A model generated the notes under the pieces. That model saw only the letters and a program-made list of their open reading frames with translations. It ran no database searches and was not told the DNA's origin. Source: an uncultured Pseudomonadales bacterium (GTDB lineage: Bacteria > Patescibacteriota > Microgenomatia > UBA1400 > PJMF01). Taken from it: 63,005 nt of DNA. The position numbers and the translations under genes are program-made. Of this stretch, positions 42,601 to 50,359 are shown piece by piece. How positions within the stretch are numbered: position 1 is the stretch's first letter; every line of letters begins with the position of its first letter. The DNA lies in contig CAZDWQ010000001.1 of assembly GCA_964509285.1 (NCBI GenBank), positions 1 to 63,005 of the forward strand, written 5' to 3'.

Positions 42601-44497
42601 TGCAGCAGATCAAGAGATTCAAGACGGTGGAAGCACTGAGTATGAAGTTGCAGGTGCTGGAGGTGGATTAGCCTCGAGATTTTCAAATTCAAAACTAGGC
42701 AAACGATTAAATTCAAAAATCGGCAAAACATTTAAAAAGAAACTCAGCCCAACAGACAAGACAAAAAAAGCTGCAAATAAAGCAATTGAAAAAACTCTCA
42801 GCGCTGTTGCTTCTAAAGCTGTTGCGTTGATTCCAGGTGTTGGTACTGCGGCAAGTGCAGCACTACTTGCAATGAAAAACAAGGTTGTTCGAGAGTTTGT
42901 TTCTGGAGCTATTCTTGGTGGCCTAGCCTTTTTAATTGGAAGAACGATTTGGGCGTTGGGAAGTATTGGTGGCTTCATTGGAGGTGTAATTGGGGGTGTA
43001 GTTGGCGCTGCAGTTGGAGGACCAGCTGGAGCTATTGCTGGCGTTGTTACTGGAGCAAATATTGGACAAGCAATCATGCCACAACGATGGGATAGCTTGG
43101 CAGCAGGGAGAGGCTCAACCGTAATAACAGCAGTCCCTCCAAAACTTCCTGAAAGTCTGGAAGGATTGCTGGGCAATACTGCCGGAATTGGAATACTTGC
43201 TGTTGGTGGATTTGCATTTATGGGAACCGCAATTACATTCTTTACCATTTTCACTATTCAAAGTAGTTTCTTAATTCCAGTGCCAAGCGAATCTATGAGA
43301 AAAGGTTCTAGCCCAAATTTGCCACCTGGTCAAAGTCTCTGTTGGCCAACGAGTGGGTATTTAACACAGGTTGATGTTTCAGGTCATGAAGGTCTTTACA
43401 AAGTTAATGGAATAACCCAAGCAATTGACGTAGGATGCGGCGAAACCGCCAACTGTCCTGACTCAAACGGTGAAAATGTAAATCCACCAGCTATCTATGC
43501 CTCTCACGATGGTATAGCAAATATAATTAGTATTCGAGATGGCTATGGATTACATATTATTATTCAATCACCACAAGGTTATCGTACGATTTATGCACAC
43601 ATGAGTAGTACAATCTTACCTTCAGGAACAACAGGACCTGTTTCAAGAGGAGATCTTCTTGGTTACATGGGTGCTACTGGTAATTCCATCGATCAACACC
43701 TTCATTATGAATATAGCGGTGGATTGATTAGAGATATTCTGCCAAGCACACCAACAATACCTCCAACGAACCAAATACCCGGTGGTACATTACTACAAAT
43801 TCCCGTGGCTGAAAACTGCTCAACTGGTGGCGAACTCCCAACAGGCTTTATGGCAATTGGTCCGCAAACACCTGGAAACATTGTCACTACTGACAGCTCT
43901 TTAGTAAGCACACCACAAATAGTCTGTTCTTGGAAAGATAGTCAAGGTTTGGCTGCAGCCATAAATGGAAACTTTTATAACAGCCCAACTGTCCCAATTG
44001 GGTTTGGTGGCAGTAATCCAACTAAATATTATGCTAATGCTGCAAATCGTGGTGGACCAGAATACATGGGCTTTAATATGAGATCATTAATTGTTAATCA
44101 ATCTGGTATTCCAAGTATTATAAAAATAGATCAACAATGGTACAACGCTGGGTCATTCCCAATTGACGCTCCACAATATTCTCACGCAGTCACCGGATTG
44201 TCAGAGTTTACCAGCGATGATGGCGATCGTAGACAAAAAACTGCAATAGGCTTGGGTGAAGCGAGTGGAAAATGTGGAACTTTTACTGGAGAAGCGGTCT
44301 TTTTGGGTGCAATTCAGCAAGGTGAGTGGTCAGATTTGAAAAAACTCATGCAGTATTGTGGCGCAACAGAATTTGTATTTATGGATGCTGGTGGTTCCGC
44401 TTCATTTTGTTCTGATACACTTAATTTACCAAGTACACGACCAATGCCCGTTAATGTTGGTTTAAAAAATGCAGAAATTATAAAAATTGGTCAATAA
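39662..44497 (+). CDS. 1611-aa membrane protein: large cytoplasmic N-terminal region, Gly-zipper TM block, extracellular M23 (LytM) peptidase and phosphodiester-glycosidase (NAGPA)-like domains
   Basis: GTG start 6 nt after TATAAT. Gly/Ala-rich TM region encoded at about 42790-43260. M23 motifs AIDVG...YGLHIIIQSPQGYRTIYAHMSS...GDLLGYMGATGNSIDQHLHYEY at about 43330-43720. AAINGNFYN...TAIGL...FMDAGGSASF at about 43900-44494. Confidence 0.75.
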   Translation: MAEEEQETITKTTSRLARHLDKVKKLHPEVTLLPDSYYRHIKYFLFGTNDSSKPLDLKSPPPGGVNAIISDGKLSPGKKVIIKVVSPSNEDFTVADITKGTEKDGDVFFFPSDLVSILTSLAELFYKGDGKHVFNQTGLSDFKSESDNLKFVRLWGQVELAEEYKQRGFIVEERFLRFGSTKVKQLFEEVKKAAEEYEKTFKKLDTTDFEPKSEVEKQLIADLIPKILEKYEKYDEKIKPNLDSDQKFKDADEKIQEEIEKIIKNDQIIFFLPLYSGDNLKQFGELGLFDSSTNSFLINKRSSDSQIGLLDLTTDEHDQYKKFAKDSVKKFLDRYSEELTKQFIDPLFVEAKEEEKKEEEKPTEAPADSGDAETIEEVKFDSPVDQETFRKKIFEDIAKQLVANFTDQFIPQYFTSFPDFKDKLPTSYLNSVVKEIKQQVEKNVTAILEIEFAELEELKAKNLYSDEKFNPEVLESDWYKELIQQGVQYITNSPSPESQYSSFFIYLFEKFVVPQIDALRPPEEPGQTPEPSGAVVPPAIPVPPITPEITVQTGDITRLSQEEARQLQYEAAWLYNRAVYELSTSNGRELTADELRALQASIYEFTAQMQLEKSGDFSKLFGSATSRQRALIEFYTKNGYIETIQNLYSGLSRGKTGKDQIDTLLQKSLKESLNIDSPVFTENVKNTIDTLIIQYGLNQDFYAFDPVTKTVTQYSGNNQHDILWFIDNVPIERLAIILNIPASALKNDPTIIAALKETLKKYARYRASELSLHIQNTSLQNGLVKISAEDAEKIKNGDEQTIAKHLSFTGDLRNLSQKHGSDTVAAALDEKPDKNKEKILKQYKTFIPLWNQLTGSEQKLIYERYGIPVPRDFDPEIKKLDFIPEFILFDPSQLKTVKEIAESSKLNEQEKLELLAILEEKKQLEQDLEIAEIIAQYRREQELAYVLNNEFTNNSDLSELQEISNHTGENYDDLSYFEKFAADQEIQDGGSTEYEVAGAGGGLASRFSNSKLGKRLNSKIGKTFKKKLSPTDKTKKAANKAIEKTLSAVASKAVALIPGVGTAASAALLAMKNKVVREFVSGAILGGLAFLIGRTIWALGSIGGFIGGVIGGVVGAAVGGPAGAIAGVVTGANIGQAIMPQRWDSLAAGRGSTVITAVPPKLPESLEGLLGNTAGIGILAVGGFAFMGTAITFFTIFTIQSSFLIPVPSESMRKGSSPNLPPGQSLCWPTSGYLTQVDVSGHEGLYKVNGITQAIDVGCGETANCPDSNGENVNPPAIYASHDGIANIISIRDGYGLHIIIQSPQGYRTIYAHMSSTILPSGTTGPVSRGDLLGYMGATGNSIDQHLHYEYSGGLIRDILPSTPTIPPTNQIPGGTLLQIPVAENCSTGGELPTGFMAIGPQTPGNIVTTDSSLVSTPQIVCSWKDSQGLAAAINGNFYNSPTVPIGFGGSNPTKYYANAANRGGPEYMGFNMRSLIVNQSGIPSIIKIDQQWYNAGSFPIDAPQYSHAVTGLSEFTSDDGDRRQKTAIGLGEASGKCGTFTGEAVFLGAIQQGEWSDLKKLMQYCGATEFVFMDAGGSASFCSDTLNLPSTRPMPVNVGLKNAEIIKIGQ

Positions 44498-44522
44498 ATA
44501 ATTACAAAAAAAATAAAAATAT

Positions 44523-45536
44523 ATGAACAAAACAGCAACCGAATGGTCTAAAACAAAACTTTTGCTAATCGTTTTTGTAATAGTACTCATTGTAAACATC
44601 ATGTATCAACTATTTGCACAAAAACAAGAAATGCCACCAAACGCTGTTGTGCCAGAACAACCGAGCCTTACCTCTAATTCTGTTCTTAATCAGATTGCAA
44701 TTCAAAAAATTACCGTGACTGCAAAAGAACCGCAATTACCAACACTTTTGCCTGTTTATAAGATAGAAAACCAACAACCACTCTCTGCAATTGCTCAAAC
44801 AATTGCTCTCAAACAAGGTTTGCAACATGAAAGTAGTAGAACTGACATTTGGTCACACCCAACAGATCAAAAATTTTTAACCTATTCAAAGACAAACAAT
44901 TTAATTGTCTATACAAGTCAAACGAGTGAAATAGCGCAAAACCTCGACCAAAATGTTGCTATTGAAACCGCACAATCATTTATAAGTACAAACATATCAG
45001 AAATACCAGTTACTCCAGATTTACAATCCATAGTAAAAACAACATATCAAACAGAAATGAGTGAATCTTATGGAGCAATCCCCGCTGGTGAATCCCTGTA
45101 TATTATCCCTTTTATTCAAACAACCAATACTTTCTCAATTTATTCGCAAACCCAAGCGCAACAACCTATTTGGGTTTGGGTTGGACCAAATTATTCTATT
45201 ATCAAAGTTGAAATTTCTGCAAGCTTCCTTGAAATTTCACAAATTGGAAATGGCGTTCCTATAGATTTTGATACTTTAAAACAATTTATTATTGATGGGA
45301 AAGGTGTAGTTCTTGAAATTACCGATGAAGGACCAACAATCCCTATTTCAAAAACAATTCTTGAGGCAAATCTAGATTCTGCAGAGTTAGAATACAGAGT
45401 TGATACAGCTACTAACACTCTCTATCCTTTTGTTCGTTTTTCCGGAGTTGCTACATTTACAGATAACTCCAAAGGTAAAATTGAAATCTCTCATCAAATA
45501 GTTCATTCTACAAACACAATAAATCTGCTAGAATAA
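44523..45536 (+). CDS. Bitopic membrane protein, unknown function (YycI/YycH-like anchor; positional VirB8/PrgL candidate)
   Basis: N-terminal EWSKTKLLLIVFVIVLIVNIMYQLF followed by an extracytoplasmic region of about 300 aa. The assignment is by position only. Confidence 0.3.
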   Translation: MNKTATEWSKTKLLLIVFVIVLIVNIMYQLFAQKQEMPPNAVVPEQPSLTSNSVLNQIAIQKITVTAKEPQLPTLLPVYKIENQQPLSAIAQTIALKQGLQHESSRTDIWSHPTDQKFLTYSKTNNLIVYTSQTSEIAQNLDQNVAIETAQSFISTNISEIPVTPDLQSIVKTTYQTEMSESYGAIPAGESLYIIPFIQTTNTFSIYSQTQAQQPIWVWVGPNYSIIKVEISASFLEISQIGNGVPIDFDTLKQFIIDGKGVVLEITDEGPTIPISKTILEANLDSAELEYRVDTATNTLYPFVRFSGVATFTDNSKGKIEISHQIVHSTNTINLLE

Positions 45537-45563
45537 AAATACGTATTTTTTAATACTATTACG

Positions 45564-46736
45564 ATGCAAGAGCACCCAATTCCACAAGATATTACGGGTT
45601 ATAGATTCCATATTATTGGAAGTATGACTCTAAAACAATTTGGAGAAATTCTTATTGGTGTTATTTTTGGATTCATATTTTTTAAAACAAACCTCATTGC
45701 CGTTATAAAATGGCCACTCGTTTTACTCAGCGTTGGGATGGGGGCGGCCGCCGCCTTTGTTCCAATTGAAGAGCGGCCGCTCGACCACTGGATCGTTACT
45801 TTTTTTAGAATTATGTACAAACCAACCAAATTTTATTGGAGAAGAACTCCAACTATTCCTGACGCTTTTAAATATGAAGTTCTCGACAAAAATAAAGAAA
45901 AGGAACCTGTTCTTGATCTTACACCTGCCAAAAGACAAAGAATTAAAGAATATGTCAGTGCAATTCCAGAAGTTGCAACAGTCAGGCAAGATTTTACTAC
46001 CGACGAACTATCAAGAATGCAAAATATTTTGTCCTCATTTACTACTGTCCAAGTAACAGAAAGAATTGTTACTTCTGCCCAACCTGTTCAAGAAAAACCA
46101 AGGATGGATGTTCGTGTTAGAAAAATGCGAAAACCAGTAATTCAAGAAGTAACTATTTTTGAAGATACTACAAATATTTCATTTCCTGTTTCAAATACTT
46201 ACGAAAAAGCTGAAGAACCACCAACTGTGCTCCAAAAGAAAAAAACAGTCCTTGAAAGTGATCAGGTTGCAAGAGATATAGAAATTCCTGAAGAAAAAAT
46301 TGTTAAAACAGTCTCAGAAAAAGAACAAGAAGAAAAGATTAATGGATTTAAAACCTCAATAAACGACTCAAGTGAAAAATCTTATCTTGAACCACAAGCT
46401 CAAAACACAACTCAAACAATAGCTGTTCAAGACGCTCAATATAATCAAAATTTACCATTTCCTATTAAACCAAGTGAACCAAACAAAGTTGTAGGCATGG
46501 TATTGGGTCAAAACAATGATCTCTTAACAAATGCAATTGTAGAAATTCAAACTCCAGAAGGAAGTATTGCCCGTGCTGTTAAAACAAACGCACTCGGACA
46601 ATTTTTCATCACCACTCCTCTTAAAACTGGAGACTATAATATAGTAGTAGAAAAAGCTGGGTATCAATTCCAACCACAGCACTTAATTATCAACAATACT
46701 ATTATTCCGCCTATGGAAATTCGAAGTGACAACTAG
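45564..46736 (+). CDS. PrgI/VirB3-like membrane protein with a C-terminal carboxypeptidase-regulatory-like beta domain
   Basis: The start HPIPQDITGYRFHIIGSMTLKQFGEIL plus two TM helices is the PrgI-family pattern. C-terminus VVGMVLGQNNDLLTNAIVEIQTPEGSIARAVKTNALGQFFITTPLKTGDYNIVVEKAGYQ. Confidence 0.65.
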   Translation: MQEHPIPQDITGYRFHIIGSMTLKQFGEILIGVIFGFIFFKTNLIAVIKWPLVLLSVGMGAAAAFVPIEERPLDHWIVTFFRIMYKPTKFYWRRTPTIPDAFKYEVLDKNKEKEPVLDLTPAKRQRIKEYVSAIPEVATVRQDFTTDELSRMQNILSSFTTVQVTERIVTSAQPVQEKPRMDVRVRKMRKPVIQEVTIFEDTTNISFPVSNTYEKAEEPPTVLQKKKTVLESDQVARDIEIPEEKIVKTVSEKEQEEKINGFKTSINDSSEKSYLEPQAQNTTQTIAVQDAQYNQNLPFPIKPSEPNKVVGMVLGQNNDLLTNAIVEIQTPEGSIARAVKTNALGQFFITTPLKTGDYNIVVEKAGYQFQPQHLIINNTIIPPMEIRSDN

Positions 46737-46769
46737 AAATAAGGTAAAAAAACAAATACTATTAATACA

Positions 46770-48014
46770 ATGGCAACAACACAACAAATTGACTCTACTA
46801 CTCAACAATTTCTAGATATTTATGACATTACGAATGATCTAGTGATTCTCAAAGATGGAACTGCTTCTCTTGTTATTACCGTCGATGCAATAAACTTTGG
46901 GCTTTTAGCAGAAGAAGAACAAGACAGTATTATGTATGCGTATGCTGGATTACTGAACTCTCTCAATTACCCTATTCAGATTGTTATTAAATCTCAAACC
47001 AAAGATGTTACTGGCTACTTACAACTCTTAAAAGATCAGGAAGATAGAGCCGAAAGCCGCCTACAACAACAACGAATTATGAAGTATCGAGAGTTTGTCT
47101 CAAACTTAATTCGTGAGAGAAATGTTTTGGATAAAAAGTTTTATGTTGCAATTCCTGCAAAACCACTTGAGCTTGGTCTACTTCCTGTTTCTAGCGTCGT
47201 TCCTGGCCAAAAGCAAACAGATATTTCTACTGTTGATAAATCTATGGTTATTGAAAAAGCTAGAGACATCTTAGAGCCAAAAAGAGATCATCTGATTGCA
47301 CAATTTGCTCGAATTGGTCTGTATTCAAGACAATTAGAAACACAAGAAATTATCCAATTATTCTACCAAAGTTATAATCCAGAAGCTTCTGATGGGCAAA
47401 CCATGGGTGACAGCAAAAGCTATACTACTCCCCTTGTAACAGCTAGTGTAGAAAATGTGGGTATGAATAGCTCATTACCACAACAATTTGCACCTGTTCA
47501 AGAACAGCCTGTTGCTGCTATTGAGCCAGCTGGTTTGGAAATGCCGGTTCTAGAAGCACCTGTTTCAGAACTACCAACCATGGAACAATCACAACAACCA
47601 GTTGCGACACTAACGCCTGAGCCCGCTCCTGCTATGCCATCATCTCCTGCTTCTACTCCAAACCTACAATCAATGGGATATACACCAACCCAAATGGCGC
47701 AAACTCCTCCAGCTGAGATAACTCCTGCTGTTGATGGAATGGCTACTACTGTTGTTCCTACACCAGCAACAACCACAGCTACAACCAAAGCAACAATCCC
47801 AATACCAACTCCACTCCCACCAATGCCAGATCTACCAAAAACAGCTTTGGGTGAAGTAGAGCCAGCAGTTCCACAAGAAATTGAGATTCAAATTGACCAC
47901 CCAAGCAGTACAAACATACCAATAACTCAAGTAGGAAGTCCGGTTACAGAAACCACCTCTGCACAACCTGTGCAAGCTGACCCAGTTCTGCCTCCACTTC
48001 CAGAAATACAATAA
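46770..48014 (+). CDS. Hypothetical protein: about 220-aa N-terminal domain resembling the N-terminal domain of Gram-positive VirB4 ATPases, then a Pro/Thr/Ala-rich tail
   Basis: DLVILKDGTASLVITVDAINFGLLAEEEQDSIMYAYAGLLNSLNYPIQIVIKSQ matches the PiNF-L-seeEq pattern. There is no Walker motif. Confidence 0.4.
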   Translation: MATTQQIDSTTQQFLDIYDITNDLVILKDGTASLVITVDAINFGLLAEEEQDSIMYAYAGLLNSLNYPIQIVIKSQTKDVTGYLQLLKDQEDRAESRLQQQRIMKYREFVSNLIRERNVLDKKFYVAIPAKPLELGLLPVSSVVPGQKQTDISTVDKSMVIEKARDILEPKRDHLIAQFARIGLYSRQLETQEIIQLFYQSYNPEASDGQTMGDSKSYTTPLVTASVENVGMNSSLPQQFAPVQEQPVAAIEPAGLEMPVLEAPVSELPTMEQSQQPVATLTPEPAPAMPSSPASTPNLQSMGYTPTQMAQTPPAEITPAVDGMATTVVPTPATTTATTKATIPIPTPLPPMPDLPKTALGEVEPAVPQEIEIQIDHPSSTNIPITQVGSPVTETTSAQPVQADPVLPPLPEIQ

Positions 48015-48034
48015 AAAGGCTAGAATAAACTGTA

Positions 48035-50176
48035 ATGCCCAACCCACTAGCATCACTACCGTTTTTCAAGAAAAAAACTGCAGGAAATACTGCTGGTGTT
48101 ACTGTTAAAACTGAAGAGCAACAAAACATTGAGAAACTCCAAGAATTTTCTCGAGGCCTTGTTACTATTCAAGATATTATTGCTCCAGAGGCTATTGAAG
48201 TCGATTTTACGTATCAAAAAATTAACTCAACCTATACAAGGACCTTGTTTGTTGCTGGCTATCCTCGTTCTGTTCCAGCCAACTGGCTTTCTCCGCTCAT
48301 TAACTATCCACATCAGATTAACGTTTCTATGTTTATCTACCCTGTTGATTCTGGAGAAATTCTCGACAACTTAAAGAGAAAAATCACAGAAATGGAGGCT
48401 GAAATTCAGTCTGATCTTCGTGCTGGCAAAATTTCTAATATTAATACCGAAATTAAGCTCGAAGATGCTCGATTTATTCGTGAAGAGCTTGCAAAAGGTT
48501 CTGAGCGTTTTTACCAATTTGGTTTGTACGTTACTATTCAGGCAGAATCAAAAGAACAACTCGATAAAGTTACCAAAGGAATTCAATCTTCACTTGGCTC
48601 TTTATTGATTGTTTCTAAAAAAACTACGCTGCAAATGGACGAAGGCTTTAAAACAACCTTGCCAATGGGTTTAGATAAACTCTTGGTTACTCGTAACATG
48701 GACACCACTTCTCTTGCTACAACGTTTCCATTTACTTCTAGTGAATTAACCATGGAAACTGGTATCGTCTACGGAATTAACGAACATAATGATTCTTTGG
48801 TTATTTTTGATCGGTTTAAGATGGAAAATGCCAACATGGTAATTTTTGCAAAATCTGGTGCTGGAAAATCATACACTGTGAAACTAGAAATTTTCCGCCA
48901 GCTCATGTTTGGGGCAGAAGTGATTGTTCTTGACCCAGAGCATGAGTATGAAGATTTAGCTGCAGCTGTTCAAGGTGAATATATTAACTTTACCTTTGGC
49001 TCTAAAACAAAACTCAATCCATTTGATCTCTCAAACCTCTATGAAGAAGGTGAAAACGAGTTGGGCCAAAAAATTATTTCTCTGCATGGATTATTAAAAG
49101 TCATGCTTGGAGAAATGACTCCACAACAAGATGCTTTGCTTGATCGCGCTCTTGTTGCAGCATACAAAGCAAAAGGGATTACTCCAGATCCAGCCACTCA
49201 AACAAATGAGCCACCGCTCATGGAAGATGTCTACAAAGCTTTGATTGGTATGGAATCCAAAGACGTTGATGATATTTCTGCTCGTATGGAAAAATTCATC
49301 ACTGGTTCGTTCCGCGGAATTTTTGACCAAAAATCTAATTTTGATATTACTAACCAACTCACCGTCTTTTCCGTTAAAGAAATGGAAGAAGCAATCCGTC
49401 CGATTGCTATGTACGTTATTCTTGATTTCATCTGGACTAGAGTAAAGAAAGACCTGAAAAAACGTATTCTTGTTGTTGATGAGGCTTGGTACTTTATGAA
49501 GAACCAAGATTCTGCGTCATTCTTGCACTCAATGGTGAAACGCGCTCGTAAATATTATCTTGGTGTGACAACTATTACTCAAGACGTTGAGGACTTTTTG
49601 CACAATGATTATGGTCGTGCTATTGTGACCAACGCTTCAATTCAGTTCTTAATGAAACAATCTACTGCTTCTGTGCCAATCTTGGCGGAAACATTCTATC
49701 TTTCTCAAGGTGAGCGTCAATTGCTCGTTACGGCTGATGTTGGAGAAGGTATTTTCTTTGCTGACCAGAACCATGTTGCTCTCAGAGTTGTTGCAAGCGA
49801 CGAAGAACACGTCTTGATTACTACAAATCCTGAGGAGCTTGCTGGAAGAAAAGCTCAAAAGGGAAATATGCCTGGCGCTGAATCTGTAATTCACACTGAG
49901 TTACCAAAAAAGCAAACAGATACACAATCTCAACAAACCCCTGAAGAACAAGCTGAAAAGCAAAAACAGGAAGAGATATTACAGCAATTTAATAAACCAA
50001 GTGTTTCTGAAACAGGAATGATCACTAACCCAAATGGCAACTCATCACAATCTCTGTCACAGCCACAAATGCAACAACAAGGATTGCCAACTTTACCACA
50101 AGCTGCTCCAGAACGAAAACAAGTTACTTCTCAGGATTTATACTCAATAGATAATTATCAGCCACCAAAAAGCTAG
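48035..50176 (+). CDS. virB4: VirB4/TraC-family T4SS ATPase
   Basis: N-terminal YTRTLFVAGYPRSVPANWLSPL, Walker A FAKSGAGKSYT (nt about 48848-48874) and Walker B RILVVDEAWYF. Gln/Pro-rich tail. Confidence 0.85.
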   Translation: MPNPLASLPFFKKKTAGNTAGVTVKTEEQQNIEKLQEFSRGLVTIQDIIAPEAIEVDFTYQKINSTYTRTLFVAGYPRSVPANWLSPLINYPHQINVSMFIYPVDSGEILDNLKRKITEMEAEIQSDLRAGKISNINTEIKLEDARFIREELAKGSERFYQFGLYVTIQAESKEQLDKVTKGIQSSLGSLLIVSKKTTLQMDEGFKTTLPMGLDKLLVTRNMDTTSLATTFPFTSSELTMETGIVYGINEHNDSLVIFDRFKMENANMVIFAKSGAGKSYTVKLEIFRQLMFGAEVIVLDPEHEYEDLAAAVQGEYINFTFGSKTKLNPFDLSNLYEEGENELGQKIISLHGLLKVMLGEMTPQQDALLDRALVAAYKAKGITPDPATQTNEPPLMEDVYKALIGMESKDVDDISARMEKFITGSFRGIFDQKSNFDITNQLTVFSVKEMEEAIRPIAMYVILDFIWTRVKKDLKKRILVVDEAWYFMKNQDSASFLHSMVKRARKYYLGVTTITQDVEDFLHNDYGRAIVTNASIQFLMKQSTASVPILAETFYLSQGERQLLVTADVGEGIFFADQNHVALRVVASDEEHVLITTNPEELAGRKAQKGNMPGAESVIHTELPKKQTDTQSQQTPEEQAEKQKQEEILQQFNKPSVSETGMITNPNGNSSQSLSQPQMQQQGLPTLPQAAPERKQVTSQDLYSIDNYQPPKS

Positions 50177-50242
50177 GCTAAATTATTTTCATTTGCCTTG
50201 AGGTGAATGGCTGTAAATCAATTAATTTTACTCGTTGCCAAC

Positions 50243-50271
50243 TGTGGATAACTCTGTGTATAAACAGAGTT
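50243..50271. promoter_or_regulatory. DnaA box pair upstream of dnaA (perfect TGTGGATAA plus TGTGTATAA) overlapping an 8-bp inverted repeat
   Basis: tgtggataa at 50243-50251 is the reverse complement of TTATCCACA. tgtgtataa lies at 50255-50263. aactctgt (50250-50257) and acagagtt (50264-50271) form the inverted repeat. Confidence 0.7.
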
Positions 50272-50359
50272 AGTTATTCTGCCCTTGGTGGTGCTACTTC
50301 ACTCCCAAAATCACAAAAAACAGTGTTATATAAAGTTATTTTAGAATAGTGCGTAGACC

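Noticed and set aside
42619-43254. 211-aa minus-strand ORF rich in Pro, Ala and Thr.
   Set aside because: It is antisense to the Gly/Ala-rich TM block of the 1611-aa gene. GGN/GCN codon runs keep the opposite strand open by chance.
45735-45790. GC-rich island with two NotI sites (gcggccgc at 45744-45751 and 45771-45778) in an AT-rich genome.
   Set aside because: It lies inside the PrgI-like gene and encodes the Gly/Ala-rich second TM helix (VGMGAAAAFVPIEERPLDHW). Coding constraint explains it without invoking a regulatory or mobile element.
20393-50176. Reading the T4SS-like locus as an integrative conjugative element or prophage.
   Set aside because: I find no integrase, recombinase, relaxase, coupling ATPase, flanking tRNA or direct repeats, and no obvious compositional change. 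It abuts oriC and dnaA. Boundaries outside the window cannot be excluded.
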